A stretch of DNA of 55,299 bases from positions 1-55,299 of IMG/VR virus record IMGVR_UViG_3300027822_000016; one strand, given 5' to 3'. Under the pieces are notes generated by a model. It ran no database searches. It saw nothing but the letters and a program-made list of their open reading frames with translations, and was not told where the DNA came from. The translations under genes were made by a program, and so were the position numbers. Source of the DNA: a virus. Its lineage: Duplodnaviria; Caudoviricetes. Every line of letters begins with the position of its first letter. Positions within the stretch are counted from its first letter, which is position 1. Below are positions 45,841 to 55,299 of the stretch, piece after piece.

Positions 45841-46402
45841 CGTGAAATTTCACGAGCTAATTTCATGAGCAATTTCACGAGCCAATTTCATGAGCAATTT
45901 CACGAGCCAATTTCATGAGCAATTTCACGAGCTGATTTCACAAGGCAATTTCACGAGCTGATTTCATGAGTAATTTCACGAGCTGATTTCACAAGACGAT
46001 TTCATGAGCAATTTCACAAGGCAATTTCACAGGCAATTTCACAAGGCAATTTCACAGGCAATTTCACAGGCAATTTCACGAGCAATTTCACTAGCCAATT
46101 TCACAAGGCAATTTCACGAGCTGATTTCATGAGCAATTTCACGAGCTGATTTCACAAGGCAATTTCATGAGCAATTTCACGAGCAATTTCATGAGCAATT
46201 TCACGAGCAATTTCATGAGCAATTTCACAAGACGATTTCATGAGCAATTTCACGAGCAATTTCACAGGCAATTTCACTAGCCAATTTCATGAGCAATTTC
46301 ACTAGCCAATTTCATGAGCAATTTCACTAGCCAATTTCATGAGCAATTTCATGAGCAATTTCATGAGCAATTTCACTAGGCAATTTCATGAGCAAATTTC
46401 AC
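45841..46402. repeat. Tandem array of about 45 (A/G)ATTTCA-core repeats, 12-13 bp period
   Basis: Counted by eye; units include GCAATTTCATGA, GCAATTTCACGA, GCTGATTTCACAA, CCAATTTCA. Confidence 0.97.
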
Positions 46403-49254
46403 AACATATAAAAGGGGAGGCCGTCCCCGCCCGCAATTGTCTCTTCCTCGCTACCATCTGCAACTGCACAATCCATCGTGGAATCTTCCACTACAACAGC
46501 ACTGTCATCTGCAATTTCATCTGCGATTTCATCTGCGATTTCATCTGCAATTTCATCCAAATCAAAATCGATGATCCGTTGCACAAGAGTTTTTTGGTGT
46601 CGTGCAACTGTCTCAAATGACACGCCTTCGTCATCCCGTAATACCGGATAAGGCAATTCTCCCGGTTCTCCGAGTATTGCTTTTGCGTCCAGTCCATGCA
46701 GTAGGTGGTGCTGTAGTGGATTCGCCTGGTGGGGCGAACGTGCAACTGCACACATCTGATACTGCAACCCAGTGAGTGGTATGTGGTCGGGGACGAGCAA
46801 TTTTCTCCGAAATTTATCTGCGTCATCCTGCGTGTTGAATGCGACCTGCAGCAAACTTGCATTCGCCAGTACAACGTCTTCTATTCCATAGGGGAGTTGC
46901 CCAAAATTTTGTGCAGCGAAAATGAGGGGCATATTGCTCTTGCGCCCTTGGGTCAGAAGGAGATTTATGGAGTCTCGGAATGCCCCGATAAATGAAGGTG
47001 CCTCATCCATAATAATGAGATGTGGTGGGTGTTCTCTGGCGTCCGCCATGTCAGCCCGGCCGTACACTGATTGCCGCAGGTACGCTGCAATAAATGCGCC
47101 GAAAATGTTTCCAACATGCTGGTCTTTTCCCGTGCGAAGTTGAATGAGCGTGATTTTCCCGCGTCCGACATCCATTTGCGGGGACCATCGAGTTTTTGAC
47201 GATCCCAACATGGTGTACATCGTGTCGTCTACTTTTGCGCTGTCGATGATCTCAAGCGGACCTTCGACAGAACTCCGCTGCACCCTTTCCCAATCTCCTG
47301 CGATGTTTTCCGGCAGAAGAGAGACGATTTTCTCCTGGAATGCAATTGATTTTGGGTCTTCTCGGACCATCGTGGCGAGTTGGAATACTGTGGTTTGGAT
47401 GTCTTCCGGCAAGCGGCTGTTTGCCACTACCAGTGAGGTGATGAGTACTTTGAGTACTCGCCTGATTTTAGGGGCATTGTCCGTCCTCCACTCACCGGCA
47501 GAACAAAGCGCACTGAACGCACCACTCGCGATGTTATCCACCTGTCCCCTTTTTGCACCCTTCGGCACGAATAGAGGATTCATCGGCTTCTGTAACGACC
47601 CCTCCTCTTTATTGTCCATGTCAATAACATGGAGTCGTTCGCGCATGTGCGCGCGTGCATCTGGGCCATCACAATCCTGGAGGTAGTAGTTCAGAAGTTT
47701 CGCTGTTTGTGCATCAGGCACGATAATTGTTGCGGATGCGTCCTCCCGAGAAGAGAGATACGTCACAACAGCGGACACAAGCGCACTTGTTTTCCCCCCA
47801 CCAGAAGGGGCCACAAGCATCCAAGCAACAAAATCCTGCAAATCCGCAGCTTTTCTCTGCCCATCAATCTCCCCAATAGGGAGAGCGTACCGGGGATTTT
47901 CACTGTCCCAATCCGGTAGGGAATTTTCGTCTCTCCCCTGGCCTGCAATTTCAGTGAGCGTGACCTTATTTATAGGGGGCAAAAAGAGCGGGGTGAGCGG
48001 TCCGATTGCCATTGTCCACGCGCGTTGTTTGTCGATTTTCGCTGTCTTCATACTGGTGTCGAATCGTCGAGCAGCGGTGGCCCCGGATGAGTGGCTACGT
48101 TCTTGGAGGATGTTTTGTCCGGAATCCAACGCCAGTCGAAGAGCGGCGCTGATGTTTGTGGCGATTTGTTGTGCGCGTGTTTCGGTTGCCGCCACAGAAG
48201 CGATACTTATGTCGCATACTCCTATGGGGTCGGTATTTGTGAGCTGTGCGCCTGCATCGCGGGCGGCTTTGCGAAATTTTTCTGCGTCTCCCTGGTCGAC
48301 TGGCCCAACATCCACTACGACCCACACAGCGTCGGTGTCGGAAAAGTTTTTCGCCGCTTTCTCAATCTGGACGTGTGGGTCTTGTATGGTGATGGATTCC
48401 AGTGCGCCAACGAAACTGTTGCTACGGCGTTGTGGATGGAAACTCGCCCGTGCGACGCCTACGTTTGCGTTTTTGTGTGGCCAGTCTTCGAGGACTCTCC
48501 CTGATTCTCGTCGTACCTGTATCCCTTTTGGCATTTGTGCGGCAAAAACTTCTTCCATGTCGCTTGTCACCTGGACATAAATAGAAAGTGCGTCTCTCCT
48601 TACCTGCGTGATCCCACGTACGACAGTATTCGTTTCCCCTGCTCGTAGTACCGCCAATCCCAAAACTTTGCTCGCCTCTTCCAGTGGAAGGACGTCAAAG
48701 TCGCTTTCCGGGAGGAGTTGTAAAGTGACGATTTCTTCTTTCGGATTTTTCCCTCGCCAAAACATGGCCACTGCGTCCCTCAGGTCAAATTCTTTCCCGC
48801 TCCGTACACGAGTCAATAACACCGCTATGGAGTACACAACGAGCAAAAAAATGGTCAGGATGATACAGACTGCGCCCCAGAAGAGTATGAGAAAAAGAGT
48901 TCGGTGCAGTGTCCATGCGATCATAAAAAAGACCAGTGCGTAAAACCCGCACACCCACAACATGGCCAAAAGAGAATTCAAACCGGAAGCCAAAAGCGTC
49001 TGCAAAAGAAACAGTCCGTAGACGAACGATGCGATCGTCGACGCCCACGTCACCGACCAGCGCACACTCGTGCCGGATGAGAGCATTGCCAGGAAAATGG
49101 GCACCCAAATAGAAATGGGCACATAGAGCCATACCTTTATAGGCACACTAGGTACAACCACTCGCTCATTACCATCTCCATCATTTGACAAAGATCGCAG
49201 CAAGCGAATGTTTGCAACGTTTTCGAGTAGTTCTTTAAGATCGAGGAGAGCCAT
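46399..49254 (-). CDS. VirD4/TraG/TrwB-like type IV coupling ATPase with N-terminal TM segments
   Basis: Walker A APSGGGKT, MNPL, Walker B IIMDEAP, GRKSN...FAAQNFGQL...VLAN; three to four N-terminal TM helices. Confidence 0.82.
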   Translation of the reverse strand: MALLDLKELLENVANIRLLRSLSNDGDGNERVVVPSVPIKVWLYVPISIWVPIFLAMLSSGTSVRWSVTWASTIASFVYGLFLLQTLLASGLNSLLAMLWVCGFYALVFFMIAWTLHRTLFLILFWGAVCIILTIFLLVVYSIAVLLTRVRSGKEFDLRDAVAMFWRGKNPKEEIVTLQLLPESDFDVLPLEEASKVLGLAVLRAGETNTVVRGITQVRRDALSIYVQVTSDMEEVFAAQMPKGIQVRRESGRVLEDWPHKNANVGVARASFHPQRRSNSFVGALESITIQDPHVQIEKAAKNFSDTDAVWVVVDVGPVDQGDAEKFRKAARDAGAQLTNTDPIGVCDISIASVAATETRAQQIATNISAALRLALDSGQNILQERSHSSGATAARRFDTSMKTAKIDKQRAWTMAIGPLTPLFLPPINKVTLTEIAGQGRDENSLPDWDSENPRYALPIGEIDGQRKAADLQDFVAWMLVAPSGGGKTSALVSAVVTYLSSREDASATIIVPDAQTAKLLNYYLQDCDGPDARAHMRERLHVIDMDNKEEGSLQKPMNPLFVPKGAKRGQVDNIASGAFSALCSAGEWRTDNAPKIRRVLKVLITSLVVANSRLPEDIQTTVFQLATMVREDPKSIAFQEKIVSLLPENIAGDWERVQRSSVEGPLEIIDSAKVDDTMYTMLGSSKTRWSPQMDVGRGKITLIQLRTGKDQHVGNIFGAFIAAYLRQSVYGRADMADAREHPPHLIIMDEAPSFIGAFRDSINLLLTQGRKSNMPLIFAAQNFGQLPYGIEDVVLANASLLQVAFNTQDDADKFRRKLLVPDHIPLTGLQYQMCAVARSPHQANPLQHHLLHGLDAKAILGEPGELPYPVLRDDEGVSFETVARHQKTLVQRIIDFDLDEIADEIADEIADEIADDSAVVVEDSTMDCAVADGSEEETIAGGDGLPFYML

Positions 49255-49257
49255 GTT

Positions 49258-49722
49258 TCAACTCCCGTGACGTTCGTCCGCGGCCTTACCCAGCTGAGCC
49301 AGTGCAGTGAGAGCGATTTGGTCCTGGGGATTTGCAGCGAGCATGCTATTGATCCGAGTTTCCAGCTCTTCTGGGGTCGCGCCATGCATGAGCAGCTGCG
49401 TTGCCATATTGATGACAGCCGGATCGTATTTGCTGAGAGGTTTCGGTGGAGTGCCAAAATGCAGCTCCACCGAACCTTTTGCGCCTTTTGCATTCACGAA
49501 CAGATATTTCGGCATGCGTGTTGTTTGACTGTTGTCAATGGCGACATGCCGACTGGTGTCCGTGTGCGTGCTGGCGTTGACACTGACCTCGCCGATATCA
49601 GTGTCAACGACATTCGTATTTTCCATGTGTGTGCTTTCTTCTGGCGGTTTTTTTCTGTGAAAAAATTCCAGGTAAATGAGGAACGCCAAGGTGGAGAGCC
49701 AGAGAATTTCAAGCCCTGTCAT
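49258..49722 (-). CDS. Single-TM membrane protein
   Basis: N-terminal TM helix; abuts the ATPase gene. Confidence 0.75.
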   Translation of the reverse strand: MTGLEILWLSTLAFLIYLEFFHRKKPPEESTHMENTNVVDTDIGEVSVNASTHTDTSRHVAIDNSQTTRMPKYLFVNAKGAKGSVELHFGTPPKPLSKYDPAVINMATQLLMHGATPEELETRINSMLAANPQDQIALTALAQLGKAADERHGS

Positions 49723-50053
49723 GCTCCACCCGGCCGGAAAGCGCCTTCGCCTTCGACTTTTCGATTTTTACCTCTGCCCGTGTTTTCGACGGACTCACGC
49801 ATTGTGCGTGGAATGCGTCATTTGTGAGCACGTCGATGACGTGACGAACTCGAGAAATTGCTTGCACAGCAACGTACATGAGAGTGACGCAAAGGAAAAA
49901 GAGTGCGTCAATCCCCTGGTAGCCGCTTCGGTAGACGCCAATGACCCCGGAGAGAAACGCTCCTGCTTCTAGCATGGCGAGAAAAGTGTTTCTTCGCAGC
50001 CATCCCGCTGGGAGTTGGTCAAGTTTCTCTGAAATGTCCTTGTACCACTTCAT
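49709..50053 (-). CDS. Small two-TM membrane protein
   Basis: Likely start MKWYKD at 50053 with RBS; two hydrophobic segments. Confidence 0.7.
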   Translation of the reverse strand: MKWYKDISEKLDQLPAGWLRRNTFLAMLEAGAFLSGVIGVYRSGYQGIDALFFLCVTLMYVAVQAISRVRHVIDVLTNDAFHAQCVSPSKTRAEVKIEKSKAKALSGRVEHDRA

Positions 50054-50149
50054 TTTTGTTCCCTTCCTATAGAAAAACGGAAGGGTACGGAAATAAATCC
50101 CGTACCCTATAAATATTTTACCCGATCGCATATTTAATTGCCAGATATA

Positions 50150-52048
50150 TTATTTCCCCCACCTGGAAAGACCAGTCGCAGCATCCAAATAGACCTTTGT
50201 ATCGACAACAATAGGCACACCAAAAAAATGTCCCTCCCCACGCATTGCCTCCGCAAACAACTGTCTCATCTCCTCCACATCCGCACGGTCAACACACACA
50301 ACAGTCTCGTCGTGAATCAAATCCCAAATATGTCCAGCTATGCCCATCTCCAACATTCTCAACACCGCTCTCGCAAGCAGCTCCCTCGCAGTCGACTGCA
50401 CAACATAATTCAAATTCCTGTAGGTCGCCAGCTCCCCATTCTCCTGGCGAGACACAGGAATTTTTCTCCCGACAAACGTCTCCACGTAATCAGTGAATCG
50501 TGAAAGTACATCCCTGAACTCTTTCGCCTTCGGATAACTCCGCCAAAACCCTTGTACCATTTTCTGTGCCTCATCCATGCCACACCCTGCACGTACATTG
50601 ACCGCATTTGCTCCTCCGCCGTACACAACCATAAAATTAACAATTTTTGCCAATTTTCGGTCGCAGCCAATGAGATCTCTCGTTTGCTGGTGAAGATCCC
50701 CGCCCCGGTCATACACATCAAGCATTCGTGGCTCGCGAGCAAGACTCCCAAGCACACGCAACTCAACCTGCGAAAAATCGAAACCGATAATCACCTGGTC
50801 ATCATTGTGAGGAAGAAACAGCCTCCGTAGCTTCGGGTCGACATTCATGACATTCGGATCTGCGGCACTCAACCTCCCCGTTATTGCACCGACAACGTGG
50901 AAAGTCGGATGCACAAACCCATTACCGTCCACCCGTTCCAAATATCCTTTTGTGGAGGTAAGAGCATTCACCTCCTCGACAACCTGCAGATACAGGCGCA
51001 CAAACTCTCTCCCTTTTGCATCCAACGGTTGCTGCCGAAGAAGCGGAACATCTTTTTTATTAAAACTGACCCGACCTGTCTCTGTCATCGGATACGTGTC
51101 AGTGTCCAGGCCGTGCTCAATAATCCACTCCCCCAGTCGTTGGCGCTGCTTATAGTCATACCCAGTAACATGTTTGATGCCCACGTTCAAGGGGACAATT
51201 CTAGCGTTACACTCCTCGTACACTTTCTCTGCCTGCGGAATATCAAGACGCATCCCCCGATGACGCATCCCCACTGTCACCGCATTCAGAGAATTCGCGT
51301 CCGCTTTGAGCAGCGCATTCGGTGCCCCCGTCTCCGCACACAGCCTATCGAGTATCCTCCGCACCGCGATAGCGTCCATACCTGCATAGATGAGGTACCG
51401 CTCGTTGTCCAGAGAGATGTTCGCCCATCCCCACGACTCTGCTTTTTTCGATGCCTTCTTGAATCCCGCTTCTCGACGACCAATGTCAGAAAGCTCCGTC
51501 TTCAGGCAGTCCGCCAGATTTCCGAGCTGGGGCATTCCGTAGCATGTGGCAATATGTTTGAGGTCATATTTTGAAAATTGCCTGCCTTTTTTTGTCCAGT
51601 ACAGGAAACTTTGTTCGCTGTTCATCCTGGCGATGACGTGTGTGTTCCAGTTTCTTGCGCTTATGTCGATTCCGAGACCGGCTTGTAGGGCATGGACGTC
51701 TGCGTCGGTATGCGAGCAAAATTGGTTGCGTTCGTCCTGTAAAAATGCTGATACGATCGACATTTGGTAGGGATCGTTCGTTCGGAAAACCCACGCGTCG
51801 GTTTTACTCCCTATCTGCACCAGGCGGAGCGAGAAATCTGGTGCCCAGAATGATCCTTGTTCTTCGGGGATGGCGAATTCTGTGTCGAGTCCCCACATGG
51901 GGTGTTTTTCTGTCGTCCGAGAGAATTTTTCCCATTCCGGCAGCCATTCTCGTGTGCCATGTTCGGGGGCATGGACGTGTACAGTTTCGCCTCCGAGGGA
52001 TGTTTCCCATGTTCGGACATATCCTTTTTTTAAAGTGCTGTTCGGCAT
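50150..52048 (-). CDS. DNA polymerase, family A, with 3'-5' exonuclease
   Basis: LDTE, YAGMDA, TGRLS, DFSQVELR, KIVNF..VYG, IHDE. Confidence 0.95.
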   Translation of the reverse strand: MPNSTLKKGYVRTWETSLGGETVHVHAPEHGTREWLPEWEKFSRTTEKHPMWGLDTEFAIPEEQGSFWAPDFSLRLVQIGSKTDAWVFRTNDPYQMSIVSAFLQDERNQFCSHTDADVHALQAGLGIDISARNWNTHVIARMNSEQSFLYWTKKGRQFSKYDLKHIATCYGMPQLGNLADCLKTELSDIGRREAGFKKASKKAESWGWANISLDNERYLIYAGMDAIAVRRILDRLCAETGAPNALLKADANSLNAVTVGMRHRGMRLDIPQAEKVYEECNARIVPLNVGIKHVTGYDYKQRQRLGEWIIEHGLDTDTYPMTETGRVSFNKKDVPLLRQQPLDAKGREFVRLYLQVVEEVNALTSTKGYLERVDGNGFVHPTFHVVGAITGRLSAADPNVMNVDPKLRRLFLPHNDDQVIIGFDFSQVELRVLGSLAREPRMLDVYDRGGDLHQQTRDLIGCDRKLAKIVNFMVVYGGGANAVNVRAGCGMDEAQKMVQGFWRSYPKAKEFRDVLSRFTDYVETFVGRKIPVSRQENGELATYRNLNYVVQSTARELLARAVLRMLEMGIAGHIWDLIHDETVVCVDRADVEEMRQLFAEAMRGEGHFFGVPIVVDTKVYLDAATGLSRWGK

Positions 52049-52196
52049 TTCCGGCTATCCTCTGTACTGTCGTCTGTGACGGATGATCGCGAGATCAAGG
52101 ACAGAGTCCCACTCTTTTTATGCGTTCGGGAGTGGGACTCTTCTTTTCCTGGATTATTGGTGTTCGCTACACTAACAGTGTCATATGAAACGTTTG

Positions 52197-52802
52197 TCAC
52201 ACGATGATGTTTCCTTTTGGACATAGTTTGCTCGCGTGCCGCTGCCAGTAAAATTCCAGATTTACACAGACTGCCTGCGCAAATATCCTCTTTGGGTAGG
52301 TAATGTTTTGTTCGAGGAACGCTTGGTAGCAGAGGAGGAGCACCACTTCCATTGCGATGCTCACAGGACATCCGTCCAGCATGACGGATTCGTGCAACGT
52401 GCGCTTGAATGCTTGTTTTGCGGACAGTAGTTCTTGTGCTCTTTGTACCTCATAAGGGTAATCCCAATCCCCCCCTTCGTGTGCGCACAAACTGTACACT
52501 GTTTGCGCAACTGCGGAGGTAAAGTATACGATCTTGTCCACTGCTGGAATTCCCTGGAGATCCTGCACTATTTGGGGGATGTTCCCCATCTCCAGTGTGG
52601 AATTTTCTTTCGCTGTCGACATGGCGTCTGTCATGTGTCGGGATTGTTCGGTATTCATATTTTCTGAGATATTATGTATGTACTCTTTACGTACATCGTG
52701 CCAGTTCACAAGTGGCAGACATGTACGAAAGTAGTCTTCTTCTGAAGCCAGTTTGTGGGATTGTAGTTCCTCTGGCAGTAGGTCATTGTACGCTGCCCGC
52801 AT
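52197..52802 (-). CDS. Hypothetical protein
   Basis: 201 aa with AAGGAG RBS. Confidence 0.7.
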   Translation of the reverse strand: MRAAYNDLLPEELQSHKLASEEDYFRTCLPLVNWHDVRKEYIHNISENMNTEQSRHMTDAMSTAKENSTLEMGNIPQIVQDLQGIPAVDKIVYFTSAVAQTVYSLCAHEGGDWDYPYEVQRAQELLSAKQAFKRTLHESVMLDGCPVSIAMEVVLLLCYQAFLEQNITYPKRIFAQAVCVNLEFYWQRHASKLCPKGNIIV

Positions 52803-52875
52803 TTTTTACTCCTTACCAACTCTATTCTTTTATTGTATCACAAATTATAAGTGCCCACAATCCAGCTTCCTCGCC

Positions 52876-55299
52876 TCACACTGGGCTGAGGTCCCACTCC
52901 GTGACCCACGATGTCACTCCATGTGACCAACGATGACGTATAGCGACGATGAGAAAATTTCTCTCAATACCCATACCGGTATTTCCCGAGGCGATCAGAT
53001 GGATCTTGTCCCCGAACCTCCGTATGTACGCCTGGTAGCGGTAATCGCTTCTCTTCGTCGCGGTGAATGAGATCGTGAGAAGCGGCAACGGATCTGCATA
53101 TTTTGCGAGAACCTGAGAGTTAAAACTTTCTGCATCGGCGACAGAGCTAAAAACAGAGTCCGTGTGTTGCCAGGTTTTTATCGCCCCAAGTGCTGCCTGC
53201 GACGCCGTATTATCACTGGCGACAACTCTCCCACCAAGACTCGGAGGAGGCTGCCCCTCGTTCCCTCTTACCGCGAGAACGAGCGTCTCCAAGTGGTCAA
53301 AATTTACCGGTGGGTGGGTGAACCATCCAGGGGCGAAAACGTCTTGCGCCCGGTTCGCTCCCGCGATTTGATACCCGACATCAAATGCGTTTGTACCGCT
53401 TCCTTGCACGATACCGTCATCCAGCGCGTGCATCCGAAACGGGGTGTTGGAGAATGTAAGAGTGGGTACACTTCCTCCTCCCGTTCCGACATTTCCAACC
53501 ATTGCACCGATGTGCGCGAGAAAAATTGTTGCTGTCGCTCCCCAGGGTGAGCCTAATACTGGCGGGAAGTTTCGTCCTGCTCTGGCGAGGGACCCGGTTT
53601 CCGGTTCGCCGTACCCTGAGACCGCGAGTGCTGTGCCTGATTCGATGCTGCCGTACCAGTCACGTAGGTAGATTGCGTGTATACTCCATGCTCCGCCTGA
53701 AATTTCATCGTCGTTGTAAAATGTTGTGAGTGGTCGGCTGGCGACATCATAATCTGTCAATGTCTTTGCGTATACACGTATTTTTCCCAGTTCAGCACCA
53801 GCGCCACGCAAATTATCCCACCCAGGAGGGGTCAACCACTGTTCAGCCTTGTCGTACACCGTTGAGACGATAAACAGGACAGCCAGATCGCCCACTTCGA
53901 TAAGTGTCGAAGGAACCTGCATCTCTATTGCATTTGCTACTCCAGCACTCGTCGACCGACTCGACTCCCCCTTCGTCACGATATTCGGCAGAAATGGTGG
54001 AATAGGAGTGACCACACGATTCACCCGCTCCCCGCGCCAACTATGCAGCTGCAAAGATTCGTAAATAAATTGTCCCCCTGGGGCATCAGATAATTCTATT
54101 GTTGGCTGATTCGCACTAAGCATGTGATTGTACAAAAAGCAAATCCTGCCCTCGTTCCCTTCACATACATACCCCAAGTCTGTGTTTTCATATACTCGTA
54201 GGAGGCTTAGAAGATTCCGCTGAGCGTACGCATGCCCCCCACAATTCAACACCAGGTTGGAATTGAACGGATTTGTGTTGCCCGCAGGGTGCAACAATCC
54301 CCCCTGGCGTAACGCGTGTCCCACCGCAACCGCAACGGACGTCCCCACACTCGCTTCCTCATCGACTCCGACAGTCGCGATACTGTCTACCTCTGTATTT
54401 GCGGCCAGAGAGAGGGGACCTTCCGCCTCCAAAACCGCAAACTTCCCCTCCGTCGGACTCACGGACGGGATAACACTGGTCACACGCCCAGTCCAAATCA
54501 CATCAGCGTTTGTGAATCCGCCCCACGTATTCCAGACGAGAAATTCGTCCCATTCAGGAGCTTCTTTTGTCCGCCACTGGCTATAAAGACCGTATTTCTG
54601 TCCCCCCGTGCCGAATGCCACCGGATTGTCCTTCAGATCCCCATTGATAAAAATGTTCACGTTTGAGCCAGAAACGAACAATTGTAATGTCAGTTCTGGT
54701 GTGTCCTCTATCGTGAATTGGCTTGTTTTTGAAAGAGATCCTGCAGTTTTCGTCCAGTGTTGTATGTTCAAAAAATTTGATATGTCGACTTCTGCGAGGA
54801 CAAGTCCGTAGTTTGAGGCGTCTGTCAGTCTGTAGACGATCCCCAGGTCTGACCTTATGTCCTTCTTGATGTATGTAGCTTGCATGAAGCATGCATCAAC
54901 ACCGAGGTCGACGGCGTCAATCGAACGATAATCTGTCGACGCCACATGCGGACGCAACGGACGAGCAACACCTGACCCACTCCGGTAATGCCCCAAATTC
55001 TCTATCGCCTCCCACGTATTCCCCACCTCATCAAGCGACCCATTCAACAAACCCGTACCACTAAAAAAGTCCTTCGCCAACAACACCGGATCGGTGTCTT
55101 CCGTCCCCCCAATCTGCACACGCAACAATCGACCCTCATCCAGAGAGAACGGCGGAGTATTCAAAGGAGAGGCAGCATTGAAAAACGAAAACCGGTCGTC
55201 CGAATTGTCAAGAGTCGCACGAAACCTCCCCGGACTGACCTTCCCGTTCAATTGACTCGCGCTATCCCGCCCCGCACTCGTCTCCGCACCCAAAACATA
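52876..55299 (-). CDS. Large minor tail protein, 3' part (begins at 1066 across the junction)
   Basis: Open frame to the window end; Gly/Ser/Thr-rich beta content; C-terminal GDKIHL...IRHRW...W tail-hub-like ending. Confidence 0.85.
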   Translation of the reverse strand, partial: YVLGAETSAGRDSASQLNGKVSPGRFRATLDNSDDRFSFFNAASPLNTPPFSLDEGRLLRVQIGGTEDTDPVLLAKDFFSGTGLLNGSLDEVGNTWEAIENLGHYRSGSGVARPLRPHVASTDYRSIDAVDLGVDACFMQATYIKKDIRSDLGIVYRLTDASNYGLVLAEVDISNFLNIQHWTKTAGSLSKTSQFTIEDTPELTLQLFVSGSNVNIFINGDLKDNPVAFGTGGQKYGLYSQWRTKEAPEWDEFLVWNTWGGFTNADVIWTGRVTSVIPSVSPTEGKFAVLEAEGPLSLAANTEVDSIATVGVDEEASVGTSVAVAVGHALRQGGLLHPAGNTNPFNSNLVLNCGGHAYAQRNLLSLLRVYENTDLGYVCEGNEGRICFLYNHMLSANQPTIELSDAPGGQFIYESLQLHSWRGERVNRVVTPIPPFLPNIVTKGESSRSTSAGVANAIEMQVPSTLIEVGDLAVLFIVSTVYDKAEQWLTPPGWDNLRGAGAELGKIRVYAKTLTDYDVASRPLTTFYNDDEISGGAWSIHAIYLRDWYGSIESGTALAVSGYGEPETGSLARAGRNFPPVLGSPWGATATIFLAHIGAMVGNVGTGGGSVPTLTFSNTPFRMHALDDGIVQGSGTNAFDVGYQIAGANRAQDVFAPGWFTHPPVNFDHLETLVLAVRGNEGQPPPSLGGRVVASDNTASQAALGAIKTWQHTDSVFSSVADAESFNSQVLAKYADPLPLLTISFTATKRSDYRYQAYIRRFGDKIHLIASGNTGMGIERNFLIVAIRHRWSHGVTSWVTEWDLSPV
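55044..55299. repeat. Terminal direct repeat/assembly overlap, copy 2
   Basis: Matches 1-256. Confidence 0.97.

Noticed and set aside
45841-46402. CRISPR array or EIAH-repeat coding sequence
   Set aside because: Units are 12-13 bp with no unique spacers, and mixed unit lengths break the reading frame; the 46339..46620 plus-strand ORF is a repeat artefact
46399-49254. FtsK/TraB translocase
   Set aside because: Motif spacing (DEAP...GRK...AAQ...QL...VLAN) and the adjacent relaxase fit VirD4/TrwB-like coupling proteins better; needs HMM confirmation

Overview
The window is essentially a complete, circularly closed genome (about 55,043 bp) of a tailed dsDNA phage with siphovirus-type genes. The last 256 bp repeat the first 256 bp with three synonymous differences. 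Nearly all genes lie on the minus strand. They include an HK97-type head module (terminase, portal, ClpP-type protease, major capsid), tail genes with a -1 frameshift chaperone pair and tape measure, family A DNA polymerase, SF2 helicase, PD-(D/E)XK exonuclease and a Holliday-junction resolvase. Only a prim-pol/SF3 helicase, a putative endolysin and a holin are on the plus strand. No integrase, tRNA or CRISPR array was recognised. Gene content suggests an actinobacterial host (inference). Three things stand out. (1) A conjugation-like module: a VirD4/TraG-type coupling ATPase, a replication-relaxation family nuclease and DUF2637-like and small membrane proteins, built around about 45 tandem polar TGAAATT repeats that also run into the neighbouring coding sequences. 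(2) A tandem array of four promoter-short RNA-terminator units with no ORFs (22.9-23.65 kb), plus more such units at 40.9-41.85 kb. (3) A roughly 20 kb accessory region made of self-contained promoter-RBS-gene-terminator cassettes of two promoter classes, carrying several paralogue families. All product calls come from reading motifs by eye; no database searches were run.
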